Assembly (NCBI GenBank): GCA_027624955.1
Contig: JAQBTG010000002.1
Coordinates: forward strand, 24,694 to 88,693
Direction: 5' to 3'
DNA from: Pseudomonadota bacterium
GTDB taxonomy: Bacteria > Pseudomonadota > Alphaproteobacteria > UBA828
Length of the DNA stretch: 64,000 nt
The notes beneath the pieces are model-generated. The model was not told where the DNA came from. It worked only from the letters and a program-made list of their open reading frames with translations, and did no database searches. The position numbers and the translations under genes are program-made. Shown one piece after another: positions 47,236-57,444 of the stretch; position 1 is the first letter of the stretch; each line of letters opens with the position of its first letter.

Positions 47236-48639
47236 TCAGTCGAGTTCGCGCGGTGCCGGCAGCAGCTCCGGATAGGCATCGTCCGTTACGAATCGCGCCC
47301 ATTGCCGAATTGTGTAGCGGTAGGAGTTCTCCTCATAGCGGTGTGAGGTCGCGAGTCCGGGGCCCTGCCAATCCTTGATCGGTTCGGCGGTGCCGACGCG
47401 AAATCCGGCCTGATAGTTTAATTTCATGCCGCAGCCGAAAACGCTTGTGCTGGTGCGGTTCATCCCACGTCCGGCGACGCCGTCGTCCTGATCGAACACG
47501 CCGGTGCTGCCGAAGGTTTGCACCGCCGCCAGATAGGATTTTTCGCGAAACTCGGCCGACGCGCTCTTCGGCACCAGGGTCCAGCTCCACGCTTCCATCT
47601 TGCCGTCGCCGCGCGGCTGCCAGAGGCGCACCTGCGCGAACCCGGTGGCGGGCTGCCCAGCGGTGCCGGTTAGGGGGATGATGAGGTAGGAGAAATTGGG
47701 GAACACGGTGCCGACCAGCACGCGGCTGCGGCGCGCGAGATCGGCTTGCAGCGCATCGAGTTTGTCGAACGAATAGCGCTCAGCGAATTCTTCGGGATAT
47801 CCCCAGAACGCGGATTCATCGCTCGGTGCGATTGATATGGTGGTGTTGTGTCCGCCGCCGGTGATGACATGGTGGCCGAGAATATTGGCCGCGAAGGGAA
47901 TCTCGATTGCGCCGATGTCGAACAACGAACGGTGCAGGGTGATCAAGTGATAATCATCGCCAAAGCCGTCAAACCCGGCTTTCCAATTGGTTGGCCACAT
48001 ATAGCGCTGCGGTGCGCCGACGACTTCGAGATCGTCGAACAGAGCGAAGAAAATATCGAGATAATAGGCCGCATCGCCAAGGTAATCTGCGAGCGACGGC
48101 GCGGCGTTATCTAAACAAGCGAAATACAAGCCGCGATAGAGCTCAAGCCGAGGCGCCGCATGCAAGCCCCATTGGCTGCGATCGAGGCCGCCGATCGCAT
48201 CGCCCTGTGACGGCGCGCCGATGAGATGGCCGATATTGTCATATGTCCAGCCGTGATAGGGGCATTGAAATTTCTCGCTGTTGCCGCGTTCCACCGCGCA
48301 AACCTGAGAGCCGCGATGGCGGCACGCGTTGAACAACAGCCGGACTTGATTATCGGCGCCGCGAACAAGAATGAACGAGTCCTCGCCGATATAGCGCAGC
48401 AGATGATCGCCGCGCTTTGGAATTTCAGATTCATGGCCGACAAATGTCCACGCCCGGGGAAACAGGCGCTCGCGTTCCAGGGCATATAGCTCCGGATCGC
48501 TGCCGAACACCCATGCCGGCACCAAGCCTTGCTGGATATCTTTTTCCAGCATCTCAAACCTGGCGCGCATTTCTGGCGATAGGTTGCGGGTGCGCATTAT
48601 TGCCGGGGACAGGCCGTTCGCTGCCGGGTTCGACGTCAT
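47236..48639 (-). CDS. Rieske [2Fe-2S] aromatic ring-hydroxylating dioxygenase alpha (large) subunit.
   Basis: CRHRGSQVC...CPYHGW is the Rieske motif, and DDYHLITLH is the mononuclear-iron His motif region. A GGAGA RBS precedes the chosen start MTSNPAANG (48639); the track ORF extends to 48729. Confidence 0.85.
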   Translation of the reverse strand: MTSNPAANGLSPAIMRTRNLSPEMRARFEMLEKDIQQGLVPAWVFGSDPELYALERERLFPRAWTFVGHESEIPKRGDHLLRYIGEDSFILVRGADNQVRLLFNACRHRGSQVCAVERGNSEKFQCPYHGWTYDNIGHLIGAPSQGDAIGGLDRSQWGLHAAPRLELYRGLYFACLDNAAPSLADYLGDAAYYLDIFFALFDDLEVVGAPQRYMWPTNWKAGFDGFGDDYHLITLHRSLFDIGAIEIPFAANILGHHVITGGGHNTTISIAPSDESAFWGYPEEFAERYSFDKLDALQADLARRSRVLVGTVFPNFSYLIIPLTGTAGQPATGFAQVRLWQPRGDGKMEAWSWTLVPKSASAEFREKSYLAAVQTFGSTGVFDQDDGVAGRGMNRTSTSVFGCGMKLNYQAGFRVGTAEPIKDWQGPGLATSHRYEENSYRYTIRQWARFVTDDAYPELLPAPRELD

Positions 48640-48652
48640 AGGCTGTCTCCGC

Positions 48653-49762
48653 TTATGAACAAGGCTGCGGGAATCGAATTGCCCCGCGGGTGATCTTATG
48701 GCCTTCCAAATCGTCGAAGGCCGCCGCAATCTCGGAGATATCGTAGTATCGGTCGGTGATGGCGTCGAACGGCAGTTCGCCGGCCATCATGAGGTCGACG
48801 AAGCGCGGGATATCGCGGCGCGGAACAATTGAGCCGCCATTGGTCCCGGTAATAATTTTTTCATTAATCAAGCCGCGCAACGGCACCGAATATTCAAGAT
48901 CGTTTTTCATGATGCCGATAGCGACGATTGTGCCGCCGGCCCGGGTCGCGGCGATGCCGGCCTCGATGGTGCCGGCGGCGCCGACGGCATCATAGAAAAT
49001 ATCGACACCCCTGCCGCCCGGTGTCAGCTTCAATATATCGTCAATGGCATTGGGGCCGGCGAGCACGGCATCTGTCGCGGCGCCGGAGGTGAGCGCGTTG
49101 TCGAGCTTTGTCGGTACGAGATCGACGGCGATCACGCGCAACGCCTTGAGCGCGCGCGCACCCAGCATGGTGGCGATGCCGACGCCGCCGGCGCCCAGCA
49201 CAGCAATCGTTGCGCCGGGCTGCACGGGCGCGCGGATCATGGACGCGCCAAGACCGGTAGAGATGCCGCAGGCCAGGCCGGCCAATTTTTCGAGCGGCGC
49301 ATCGGGGCGCACCTTGACCACCGCTGAGACCGGGACAACGGCATATTCGGCGAATGAGGATTGCGAAAAGAAACTGTTGATGTCATTGCCGCCGCGCCGG
49401 AGCCGCGTCGTGCCGTCGGGCATGACGCCGCTGAAAGCGGTCTCAAACCAGCGATCGCAGATCGACAGGGCGCCGCGATCACATTGCGGGCAGGCGTTGC
49501 ACGGCATGATGATGGAGCAGATCACCGGGTCGCCGAGCGCTACTTCGCGCACGTCCGGCCCGACCGCATCGACGTAGCCACAGCCTTCATGGCCGAGCAC
49601 CACCGGCTTCGGCACATCGAAATTGCCGCGCACCACCGAGAGATCGGTATGGCAAATGCCGGCGGCGACGATCCTTATCCGGACCTCGCGCGCCTGCGGT
49701 TGCGGAACATCAATATCCTCGACGGAGAATTGATTTGTGCCAGTGCATAGGACGGCTCGCAT
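48653..49762 (-). CDS. Zinc-dependent alcohol dehydrogenase (MDR family). The start is at MRAVLCTG.
   Basis: GHEGCGYV (catalytic Zn), the CxxC..C structural-zinc cluster (CNACPQCDRGALSIC), and the GAGGVG Rossmann motif are present. A GGAGA RBS sits about 10 nt upstream. Confidence 0.85.
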   Translation of the reverse strand: MRAVLCTGTNQFSVEDIDVPQPQAREVRIRIVAAGICHTDLSVVRGNFDVPKPVVLGHEGCGYVDAVGPDVREVALGDPVICSIIMPCNACPQCDRGALSICDRWFETAFSGVMPDGTTRLRRGGNDINSFFSQSSFAEYAVVPVSAVVKVRPDAPLEKLAGLACGISTGLGASMIRAPVQPGATIAVLGAGGVGIATMLGARALKALRVIAVDLVPTKLDNALTSGAATDAVLAGPNAIDDILKLTPGGRGVDIFYDAVGAAGTIEAGIAATRAGGTIVAIGIMKNDLEYSVPLRGLINEKIITGTNGGSIVPRRDIPRFVDLMMAGELPFDAITDRYYDISEIAAAFDDLEGHKITRGAIRFPQPCS

Positions 49763-50034
49763 TTTTTGTGTTTCTCCGTGCCTGTTATTGTGGCCCCCAA
49801 AGCGCCGCGCTGCTCGAGATCGGGCACTTCGGTATTGGTAATTTAACATCGCCAATCTGACCACAGCAATCGGCCTGTCGCCGCGATCCGGCATGCCTGA
49901 GGGTTGACGGATCGCTGGTGGCGCCACTGCGTTAGAATATGATCCGGGCTTGGCATAGCGGAGAATCAGATTAATTTAGCGGGCTCACGCCGCGCCGGAC
50001 CTGCGCAACCAGACCGGAAGGAGAACCGCCAGCG

Positions 50035-50691
50035 ATGACGGATGATACAGAATCGACGACACCGTTCGAAATTGTGCGCTGGGATCTCAACCCTGGGCGC
50101 ACAGTGCTCGTCATCATTGATGCGCAGAATGATTTTCTCCACCCGGACGGTTGGTATGGCCAGAAGGGCATCGATATTTCCCATATGCGGCGCACCATCG
50201 CGCCGACACGCCAGTTGCTGAAGGATATCCGCGCCAAAAACATCCCTGTGGTGTGGACGCGCCATGGCTGCCGCGGGGTGGAAGACGGCGGACCGTTCAT
50301 GCAACTCCGCCCGTTTCTCAAGGAAGGCGGCTTGCGCCAAGGCAGTTGGGGCTATCAAATATTTGACGAGCTCGGCCCGCGCGAAGACGATTGGTACGTG
50401 GAGAAATCGCGCCTCAGCGCCTTCTACAACAGCAATCTTGAGACCGTCCTGCGCGCGCTTAATGCAGATACCGTGCTGATCGTTGGCGTGCTCACCAACC
50501 AATGCGTGGCGGCAACCTCCAAAGATGCGATGTTTCGCGACTTTCGGCCGATTGTGATTGAGGACTGCACCGGCACCACGTTGCCGCACCTGCACGCCCC
50601 GGCAATCGAAATGATGCAGGTCGGCTGGAGCGAAGTACGCGATCTTGAGTCTGCGCTGAGCGAAATTCGCCAGCTCTCACCGGCGCGCTGA
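50035..50691 (+). CDS. Isochorismatase-family cysteine hydrolase.
   Basis: A 218-aa ORF. VLVIIDAQNDF, the catalytic Cys in GVLTNQCV, and the overall YcaC-like profile are present. Confidence 0.8.
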   Translation: MTDDTESTTPFEIVRWDLNPGRTVLVIIDAQNDFLHPDGWYGQKGIDISHMRRTIAPTRQLLKDIRAKNIPVVWTRHGCRGVEDGGPFMQLRPFLKEGGLRQGSWGYQIFDELGPREDDWYVEKSRLSAFYNSNLETVLRALNADTVLIVGVLTNQCVAATSKDAMFRDFRPIVIEDCTGTTLPHLHAPAIEMMQVGWSEVRDLESALSEIRQLSPAR

Positions 50692-50748
50692 AGCCGAGCT
50701 ATGCGCCGAATTTTATGACCACAAAGAACAGTTCAAGGGAGGCGGGAC

Positions 50749-51912
50749 ATGCAATTGGGTGAACCATCTTGGATGAACGAGGAATATGCGATCGTCCGGG
50801 ATTCGGTGCAGAAATTCATCGCCGCCGAGATTGCGCCGCATTATGAGGCGTGGGAGCAAGCCGGCATCATGCCGCGTGACATCTGGACCAAGCTCGGCGC
50901 GCACGGCCTGCTCGCCCCCGACATGCCGGAGGAATATGGCGGCGCCGGCGGAACTTTCGAACATCTGGCGGTAGTCATCGCCGAGTTTGCCCGGCACGGC
51001 TATGCGAGCTTTGCCGGCAGCATGCTCGGCGTCCATTCCGGCATCATTAATCATTATATTTTGAACAATGGCAGCGCCGAGCAGAAAGCGCGCTATCTGC
51101 CGGCGATGGCGTCCGGCGAGATGGTGGCCGCCATCGCCATGACCGAACCCGGCGCCGGATCGGACCTCCAAGGCGTGACCACGACGGCGAAGCGCGACGG
51201 CAATGGCTATATCCTGAACGGCGCCAAGACTTTCATTTCCAACGGCCAGCATTGCGACGTCGTCGTGGTGATCGCCAAAACCGACAGCACGGTCGCCGGC
51301 TCCAAAGGCATCAGCCTGCTGTTTGTCGAGAAAGACGCTGCCGGCTTTAGCCGCGGTCGCAATCTCGATAAGATCGGCCTGCACTCCGCCGACACCTCGG
51401 AACTGTTCTTCGCCGACGTCCGGGTTGAGGGCGATGCCGTTCTCGGCCCCGAACATGGCGGATTCGGCGTGCTGATGACTGAATTGCCGCGCGAGCGCTT
51501 GACGCTGGCAATTGGCTCTCTGGCCGCCGCCGAGGGCGCGATGCAATGGACGATCGACTACATCCAGGAACGCCAGGTCTTTGGCCAGCCGATCGGAAAA
51601 TATCAGAACACCCGTTTCAAGATAGCCGAAATGATGACCGAACTGCGCTCGCTGCGCGCCTTTATCGACGATTGCACAAGACTGCTATCGACCGACGATC
51701 TCGACACCGTGACGGCCAGCATGGCCAAGCTCAAAGCCACCGAATTGCAGGGCGAAATCATCGATGGCTGCCTGCAATTCTTCGGCGGCTATGGCTATAT
51801 GCGCGAGTTTCCGATCAGCCGCGCCTTCGTTGACGCGCGAGTGCAGCGCATCTATGGCGGCACGTCGGAGGTAATGAAGGAAATTATCGCGCGCGACATC
51901 CTCGGGCGATGA
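50749..51912 (+). CDS. Acyl-CoA dehydrogenase.
   Basis: A 387-aa ORF with ACAD N-terminal, middle and C-terminal domains. It ends with the IYGGTSEVMKEIIAR-type region that precedes the catalytic Glu. Confidence 0.85.
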   Translation: MQLGEPSWMNEEYAIVRDSVQKFIAAEIAPHYEAWEQAGIMPRDIWTKLGAHGLLAPDMPEEYGGAGGTFEHLAVVIAEFARHGYASFAGSMLGVHSGIINHYILNNGSAEQKARYLPAMASGEMVAAIAMTEPGAGSDLQGVTTTAKRDGNGYILNGAKTFISNGQHCDVVVVIAKTDSTVAGSKGISLLFVEKDAAGFSRGRNLDKIGLHSADTSELFFADVRVEGDAVLGPEHGGFGVLMTELPRERLTLAIGSLAAAEGAMQWTIDYIQERQVFGQPIGKYQNTRFKIAEMMTELRSLRAFIDDCTRLLSTDDLDTVTASMAKLKATELQGEIIDGCLQFFGGYGYMREFPISRAFVDARVQRIYGGTSEVMKEIIARDILGR

Positions 51913-51953
51913 GCGCTTCCTAAGGCGCCCGCGCTAATTCGTAAATTAGGCGA

Positions 51954-52580
51954 TCAAAGCGCCGGCGGAACGGTTTTCTTGGCGCTGTCACGCTCTGCCA
52001 TGCGCGCTGACCAGGGCCTGAGATTTTGCGTCGCGTTGAGCAGTGACTTGCCTTCTGCGGTCATCTCCAAAACTGAAAGCACTGGGAAAACGAAGAAATC
52101 CGCCAGCGTTGGCTTGTCGCTGGCAAAATATTTTTGTTTACCGAGCGCGCCGTCGAGTGCGGTGAGGGCTTTTGCCGCCTTGGGCATGCTTTCTAATATA
52201 AGGTCTTCATTTGTCGTGCCGCCGAAGGCCGGAATGACCAGCCGTTGCAGGACGATATCGATTCCCGGGCGGTAGAGATATTGGATAAATACCGATATCC
52301 ATTGATTCATGCGGGCACGTTGCAGCGGATCATCCGGCTGTAAGGCGGGTCCGTCGAAATTTGTGTCGATGTAAGAGGTGATCGCGAGCGTCTCATAGAG
52401 GCGAATATCGCCATGGGTCATCGCCGGCACTGGGCCCCAGGGATGGCGTTCCAACTGCTCCGCAGATTGTGGCTGGGCCGGGTCTAGCTCGTACGGCACG
52501 CCTTTTTCGATCAGGGCGAGGGTGCAGGTGCGGCCATAGGTGCTGAGCGGCAGCGCATGGATGATTAAAGCAGACATCAC
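51954..52580 (-). CDS. Glutathione S-transferase.
   Basis: A 208-aa ORF with an N-terminal thioredoxin-like GST domain followed by a C-terminal helical domain. Confidence 0.75.
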   Translation of the reverse strand: MMSALIIHALPLSTYGRTCTLALIEKGVPYELDPAQPQSAEQLERHPWGPVPAMTHGDIRLYETLAITSYIDTNFDGPALQPDDPLQRARMNQWISVFIQYLYRPGIDIVLQRLVIPAFGGTTNEDLILESMPKAAKALTALDGALGKQKYFASDKPTLADFFVFPVLSVLEMTAEGKSLLNATQNLRPWSARMAERDSAKKTVPPAL

Positions 52581-52778
52581 GATCCATTTGAGTTAGGGCA
52601 GGGTTAAGTTGATCCTATAGTTAGCACTCTCAGCCACGCCTTCAATATATTTTCGGCGGGCCTCCCTTTGGGGCTTGGCGTCTTCGCTTACCCCCGTCGC
52701 TTTACTCGCCAAGGGCCAATCGCCATAATTAACGACTTCCTCTGATACCATCGCCACCGCAACTGGAAAGCCGTAAGC

Positions 52779-53621
52779 ATGCCCGAAACATCGTCCTATA
52801 CGCCGCCAAAAGTTTGGAAAGACGTTAATGAAAACGGTGGCACATGGGCCAGCATCAATCGCCCGACCGCCGGTGCAACGCATGAGCAGGAGCTGCCGGT
52901 CGGCAAGCATCCGTTGCAGCTCTATTCGCTGGCGACGCCGAACGGCGTCAAAGTCACGATCCTGCTGGAGGAACTGCTGGCGCTCGGACATAAGGGGGCT
53001 GAATATGATGCCTTCCTGATCGAGATCGGCGATAGCCAGCAGTTCGGCAGCGGCTTCGTCGCGCTCAACCCGAACTCTAAGATTCCGGCCTTGCTCGATC
53101 AGAGCACATCGCCGGGAACGCGGGTGTTTGAATCAGGCGCGATCCTCCTCTACCTGGCGGAAAAGTTCGGAGAGTTTGTTCCGCAGGAGCTATCGGCACG
53201 GGCCGAATGTTATTCCTGGCTGTTTTGGCAAATGGGAAGCGCGCCCTATCTCGGCGGCGGATTCGGCCATTTCTACGCCTATGCGCCGGAAAAATTCGAA
53301 TACCCGATCGACCGCTATGCGATGGAAGCGAAACGCCAGCTTGATGTCTTGGATCAAAATTTGTCGGAGCGGCGCTACCTGTGCGGCGATGACTACAACA
53401 TCGCTGACATCGCCACCTATGCCTGGTATGGCAATCTGGTGCTGAATAATTCTTACGATGCGGCGGAATTCCTCGACGTGGCGTCGTATAAACATGTCGT
53501 CAGATGGGCGACGGAAATAGAACAGCGCCCGGCGGTCAAGCGCGGCCGGCGGGTCAATAAAACCTCGGGACCGGAAGACGAACGCCTCCCCGAACGCCAC
53601 GACGCAAGCGACCTCGATTGA
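52779..53621 (+). CDS. YghU/YfcG-type (Nu-class) glutathione S-transferase / glutathione-dependent disulfide-bond oxidoreductase.
   Basis: A 280-aa ORF. Its long N-terminal extension, with LQLYSLATPNGVKVTILLEEL, is typical of YghU. Confidence 0.75.
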   Translation: MPETSSYTPPKVWKDVNENGGTWASINRPTAGATHEQELPVGKHPLQLYSLATPNGVKVTILLEELLALGHKGAEYDAFLIEIGDSQQFGSGFVALNPNSKIPALLDQSTSPGTRVFESGAILLYLAEKFGEFVPQELSARAECYSWLFWQMGSAPYLGGGFGHFYAYAPEKFEYPIDRYAMEAKRQLDVLDQNLSERRYLCGDDYNIADIATYAWYGNLVLNNSYDAAEFLDVASYKHVVRWATEIEQRPAVKRGRRVNKTSGPEDERLPERHDASDLD

Positions 53622-53797
53622 TCGGCGCGGCAAGCGGAACGCGCCGGAGTTGGTGAGGATCGGGCAACAAGGCTTAACGAGCCTGTGATATGGCCGGCTT
53701 TGCGCCGGGGATATCTGGCCTCACAATCCACCCGGCGGAAAAAAATTCGTTACCGTTGATCTCTCTTCCTTGACCTTCCAGGTGCTGGAAGCATTAT

Positions 53798-54274
53798 ATG
53801 GATGGAATGACAAGCGACGCGAAGAACATTGTTCCGCCGCCGCAGCGGCAGCCGGTCAATTTTTTCAGATTTTCCGGACGCGTTGCCATGGCGTTGGCCC
53901 TGGCATTTACAATAGTTTTTGGCCCCTCCCAAATTAGCGCGGCCACGCCGGATCTGAATAATGCGGCGGGCCAGAAGCAACCTCATCACGACGAGCAGGC
54001 GAACGCCGGTCATCATTCAATTGGCCCGGCGGCAAGCGGGCATCACACAGCGGCGATTAAGGTCTATTGCAACACGGCGACGCCTGGCCATGGCGACCAT
54101 GCGCAGCATGGCGACGGTATGTGCGAAGGCTACCGCGTTATGTCTTCTGCCCTGACATCCGCCGAACGCGAATTTGCGCGGTATTACATTCGCCTCAGTG
54201 CGAAAACGGCGCCTGATAGCGCCCCGGCCGGCCACTCACCCGAGCGCCTCAAAGAACCTCCCCGAACCGTCTAA
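53798..54274 (+). CDS. His-rich hypothetical exported protein. The start is uncertain; an internal Met at about 53888 begins a hydrophobic signal/TM segment.
   Basis: The segment MALALAFTIVFGPSQISAATP is followed by a run of His residues (PHHDEQANAGHHSIGPAASGHHTAA...HGDHAQHGDGMCEGY). It lies immediately upstream of a multicopper oxidase gene. Confidence 0.4.
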   Translation: MDGMTSDAKNIVPPPQRQPVNFFRFSGRVAMALALAFTIVFGPSQISAATPDLNNAAGQKQPHHDEQANAGHHSIGPAASGHHTAAIKVYCNTATPGHGDHAQHGDGMCEGYRVMSSALTSAEREFARYYIRLSAKTAPDSAPAGHSPERLKEPPRTV

Positions 54275-54382
54275 GGCGGGTATCCCCGCTTCATTTTGAA
54301 TGAAGGGCTTCCGTAGCGAAGCTTGAAATGGCCTGCCGTGGTTCTCCCATCCGCGGCGGCTGGGACGGATCATGTGTGAGGA

Positions 54383-55708
54383 GTGATCATGAGCGAGAAA
54401 AGAGAATTGCCACAATCGGCGGCACAGACCGCCGAAGAAACCACCGAAGAAAGCGCCAAAAAATCTAGGCCGACCACATCGTCTTCTAGTACCGACACGC
54501 CGCCTTCGGGACCGACGCGGCGCGCCGTGCTGCGCTCGGCGGCGTTGGCGGCCACCGGCGGCGCGCTGTTGGGCGCGGCGGGCAAAGCAGGGGCCAGCGA
54601 ATATCAGGCAGCCCAGGGCTCCATGATGTTTATGAAAGGGCACAACATGATTGGTGCGCGCACCAATCCGCCGGGCGCGCCGGGCGACCATGAAGTGCCC
54701 TACCGCAGTTTCGATATCAGCTTTGATCTGATGGAGCATGAATTGGTGCCGGGCGTGAGCCTGCCGGTATTCGCTTTCAATAAGCAGGTGCCGGGGCCGC
54801 TCTTCCGCGTGCAAGAGAATGATTGGGTCAAGATCAGCGCCACCAACAATACGGAAGAGATGCACACCATCCATTGGCATGGTCTCGACGTGATTTACAC
54901 CATGGACGGCGTACCGATGGTGACGCAGGACCCGATCCACCCGGGCGAGACGTTCGTTTATCGCTTTCAGGCGCGCCCGGCAGGGACGCGGTTCTATCAC
55001 TGCCACTGGAGCACGCCGCTGCATATGATGTCGGCCCTGCACGGTGCCTTCATCATCGACCAGGCAGATGATCCGGTGCGCCAAGCCTTCCCCTATACGC
55101 GCGACTACACGCTGATGCTTGAAGCGTTCGACGTGAATTGGACACGCAAGCACATCAATGAAGTTTTGGCCGGCATGAAGCGGGTCAACAAGCTCATGGC
55201 GATGGGCAAGCTGGACCCGATCACGCACGGCTTCTTTCGCGATTACGATGAATTTAAGGCCGCCGTCGCGGACGGTTGGACACCGCCCTATGTGCGCGGC
55301 GCGGCGGAGCGCAGCACGCCGGAGCCCGATTTCTTCGCGATCAACGGCAAATGTTATCCGGCCACCGAAAAACTCAAAATCAAGCAAGGCGAATATATCC
55401 GCATCCGCCTGATCAATGGCGGCTTCCTGTCACATCATATGCATTTGCACGGTCATAATTTTTGGCAGGTGGCGGAGGACGGCAACCCGCTGCCCCAGCC
55501 AATTCGCATGAACACCGTATCGCTGTTTCCCGGAAAGACGGCAGACATCATCGTTTACGGCGACAATCCTGGGTTTTGGACTTTCCACGACCACGATGTC
55601 CGGCGGGTGATGAATAACGGCATCTATCCGGGCGGCATGCTCACGATGCTTGAATATGAAGATATGGGCGACGTGCCCTACGTCCCCTCCATCGCCATCA
55701 ACGAATAA
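54383..55708 (+). CDS. Tat-exported multicopper oxidase, two-domain type (laccase-like).
   Basis: The Tat motif TRRAVLRSAALAATGG and the Cu-binding motifs HWHG, HCHWSTPLHMM, HHMHLHGH and HDHD are present. The length of 441 aa fits two cupredoxin domains rather than a 3-domain CopA or PcoA. Confidence 0.75.
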   Translation: MIMSEKRELPQSAAQTAEETTEESAKKSRPTTSSSSTDTPPSGPTRRAVLRSAALAATGGALLGAAGKAGASEYQAAQGSMMFMKGHNMIGARTNPPGAPGDHEVPYRSFDISFDLMEHELVPGVSLPVFAFNKQVPGPLFRVQENDWVKISATNNTEEMHTIHWHGLDVIYTMDGVPMVTQDPIHPGETFVYRFQARPAGTRFYHCHWSTPLHMMSALHGAFIIDQADDPVRQAFPYTRDYTLMLEAFDVNWTRKHINEVLAGMKRVNKLMAMGKLDPITHGFFRDYDEFKAAVADGWTPPYVRGAAERSTPEPDFFAINGKCYPATEKLKIKQGEYIRIRLINGGFLSHHMHLHGHNFWQVAEDGNPLPQPIRMNTVSLFPGKTADIIVYGDNPGFWTFHDHDVRRVMNNGIYPGGMLTMLEYEDMGDVPYVPSIAINE

Positions 55709-55726
55709 CCGGAAAGGAACTGACCG

Positions 55727-56971
55727 ATGAAAAACAAACTTATCTCTCTCGCCGCCGGTTGTTCAGCCGCCCTCTTTGCCGCCGGCGCTATGGCTCTGGA
55801 GATCGATCCAAACGTGCCGCCGGAGATCAGTCTCGGCGGGCGTCTTGTTGCCACGGCCAACTTCTCGGATACGGAACAAGCGGTTGGCAGCAATAAGACC
55901 GATGCGGCGCTCGATATCGCCGATTCAAGCATTCTCATCAGCGCCAGCAAATATTTGTTCAACGCCGGTGATTACGGTTACGCGGTGTTTGGCCTCACAA
56001 TTCCGGAGGACGATTCTGACCTGCCGGATGAGATATTCGTGCACCAGGCGGCGGTCGGCATGGGCAGTCAAGATTACGATCTAGTCCTTGGCCGCACGCG
56101 ACTGCCAAATACCTTGGTTTCGTTTCCGACCGTGCGCGACGACGATCTTCTCGCTTTCACCCATGTCGGCAACGCCGGCGCTAACGTAGAGGCGGAGGAA
56201 GATACAATTTTTGGCGGTGTCCTCGGCGGCACGCGGTATCTATGGAAGCAATTCCAGGCGCAAGCCTTCGCCACGGCGCGGGCCGAAACCGACCTTACCA
56301 ATCTCACAAATAGTGACCGAACTGCGCGTTCTAATTTAAACGGCGCGGCGTTTGGCTTTGCCTATGAAATTCCCGAAGAGATCAAGTTTGACCGCGGCAT
56401 CCGCTACGCTGCTGTCGGGCTCGATTGGCAGCGCGTTGATGAGTTGGCGGGCGGCGATGATGACGACGTCGCGGCCGTTCTGGCCGGCCTAAGTTACAAC
56501 CTCAGCGACGACCCTGAGGCAAGCTGGGCATTGGATTTTCAGGGCATCTACAATTTCGGCGCCGGGGTCGCCAATCTCAATTCCGACGTGGCGCGGGCGC
56601 GCGGCGAGCAATATGCCCTGGTCAGCGCGCTCCGCTACACCGCCCGCCCGCAATTGCAAACCGATTGGCAAGCGGCCATCACGGTGGCGTGGAAGGATTA
56701 TGCGGATTTTGACGACGCCTCTTCTTTTGCAATAGTGCCGAGTATCGCCTGGCGATTGGGCAGTGGTGTCGAGGTGCTCGGCCAATATCGATTTCTCAAC
56801 AATGGCGCCACCTTGGGCGCTGCGGAGAATCAGGACCGTAGCCACACACTCTTTCTCGGCCTGTCCTTCGCTTTGGATACGACCTTCAACGAATCTGTCG
56901 GTGCGCGCGGCTCGATTCTCAGCCTAGAGCACAACATGCTCAATCCCGGCCCCGCCGGGCTCGGCCATTGA
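55727..56971 (+). CDS. Outer-membrane beta-barrel (porin-like) protein with a signal peptide.
   Basis: The signal peptide is MKNKLISLAAGCSAALFAAGAMA. Alternating amphipathic beta-strand patterns with Tyr/Phe/Trp-rich strands follow. No family was recognised. Confidence 0.5.
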   Translation: MKNKLISLAAGCSAALFAAGAMALEIDPNVPPEISLGGRLVATANFSDTEQAVGSNKTDAALDIADSSILISASKYLFNAGDYGYAVFGLTIPEDDSDLPDEIFVHQAAVGMGSQDYDLVLGRTRLPNTLVSFPTVRDDDLLAFTHVGNAGANVEAEEDTIFGGVLGGTRYLWKQFQAQAFATARAETDLTNLTNSDRTARSNLNGAAFGFAYEIPEEIKFDRGIRYAAVGLDWQRVDELAGGDDDDVAAVLAGLSYNLSDDPEASWALDFQGIYNFGAGVANLNSDVARARGEQYALVSALRYTARPQLQTDWQAAITVAWKDYADFDDASSFAIVPSIAWRLGSGVEVLGQYRFLNNGATLGAAENQDRSHTLFLGLSFALDTTFNESVGARGSILSLEHNMLNPGPAGLGH

Positions 56972-56991
56972 GAGACGGAGGAAGGAAGAGA

Positions 56992-57420
56992 ATGATGCAA
57001 ATCAAAAGTAAGACGCTTCCACTCATCGCGGCGGTGGCCGCTTTCACCACTTCCGTCGCTGTGGTCACTCCCGCTATGGCGCAAGAGTCCGGCAGCCATG
57101 AGGGGCACGATATGTCTGCCATGATGGCTGTGGGCGAAGCCGGTGCCTGGTCCTATACAGGGCGGGAAAATCCACAAATGCAGATGCACGGGCGCTGGGA
57201 AACGGTGCCGCTAAAGGGGCGAGCTAGCGCCGCGGTTTCCGCCGCCGCCATGACGCACCAGGAGCGCTGCGCCGCGCTGATGGCGGCGGAGGATTTGATG
57301 CAGGATCACGCGACCCTCGCGGCTTGTACGGGGATAAACCCATCCACCCCGATGGAACAACAACCGCCGCCGAGCCAACATGATGACATGGACCATGGCG
57401 ACGGCGGACAAAGTAACTAA
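56992..57420 (+). CDS. Met/His-rich periplasmic hypothetical protein and possible copper ligand.
   Basis: The signal peptide MMQIKSKTLPLIAAVAAFTTSVAVVTPAMA is followed by SGSHEGHDMSAMMAVGE...MQMHG...HDDMDHGDGG. The gene sits between the porin-like and cupredoxin genes. Confidence 0.45.
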   Translation: MMQIKSKTLPLIAAVAAFTTSVAVVTPAMAQESGSHEGHDMSAMMAVGEAGAWSYTGRENPQMQMHGRWETVPLKGRASAAVSAAAMTHQERCAALMAAEDLMQDHATLAACTGINPSTPMEQQPPPSQHDDMDHGDGGQSN

Positions 57421-57444
57421 CTCTAACTCCAACAGAGAAGGCAG

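Noticed and set aside
54383-55708. Alternative call of the Tat copper protein as copper-containing nitrite reductase (NirK).
   Set aside because: The motif set is HWHG / HCH / HxHxH, the classic multicopper-oxidase trinuclear-cluster signature, not the NirK pattern. The length also fits a two-domain MCO.
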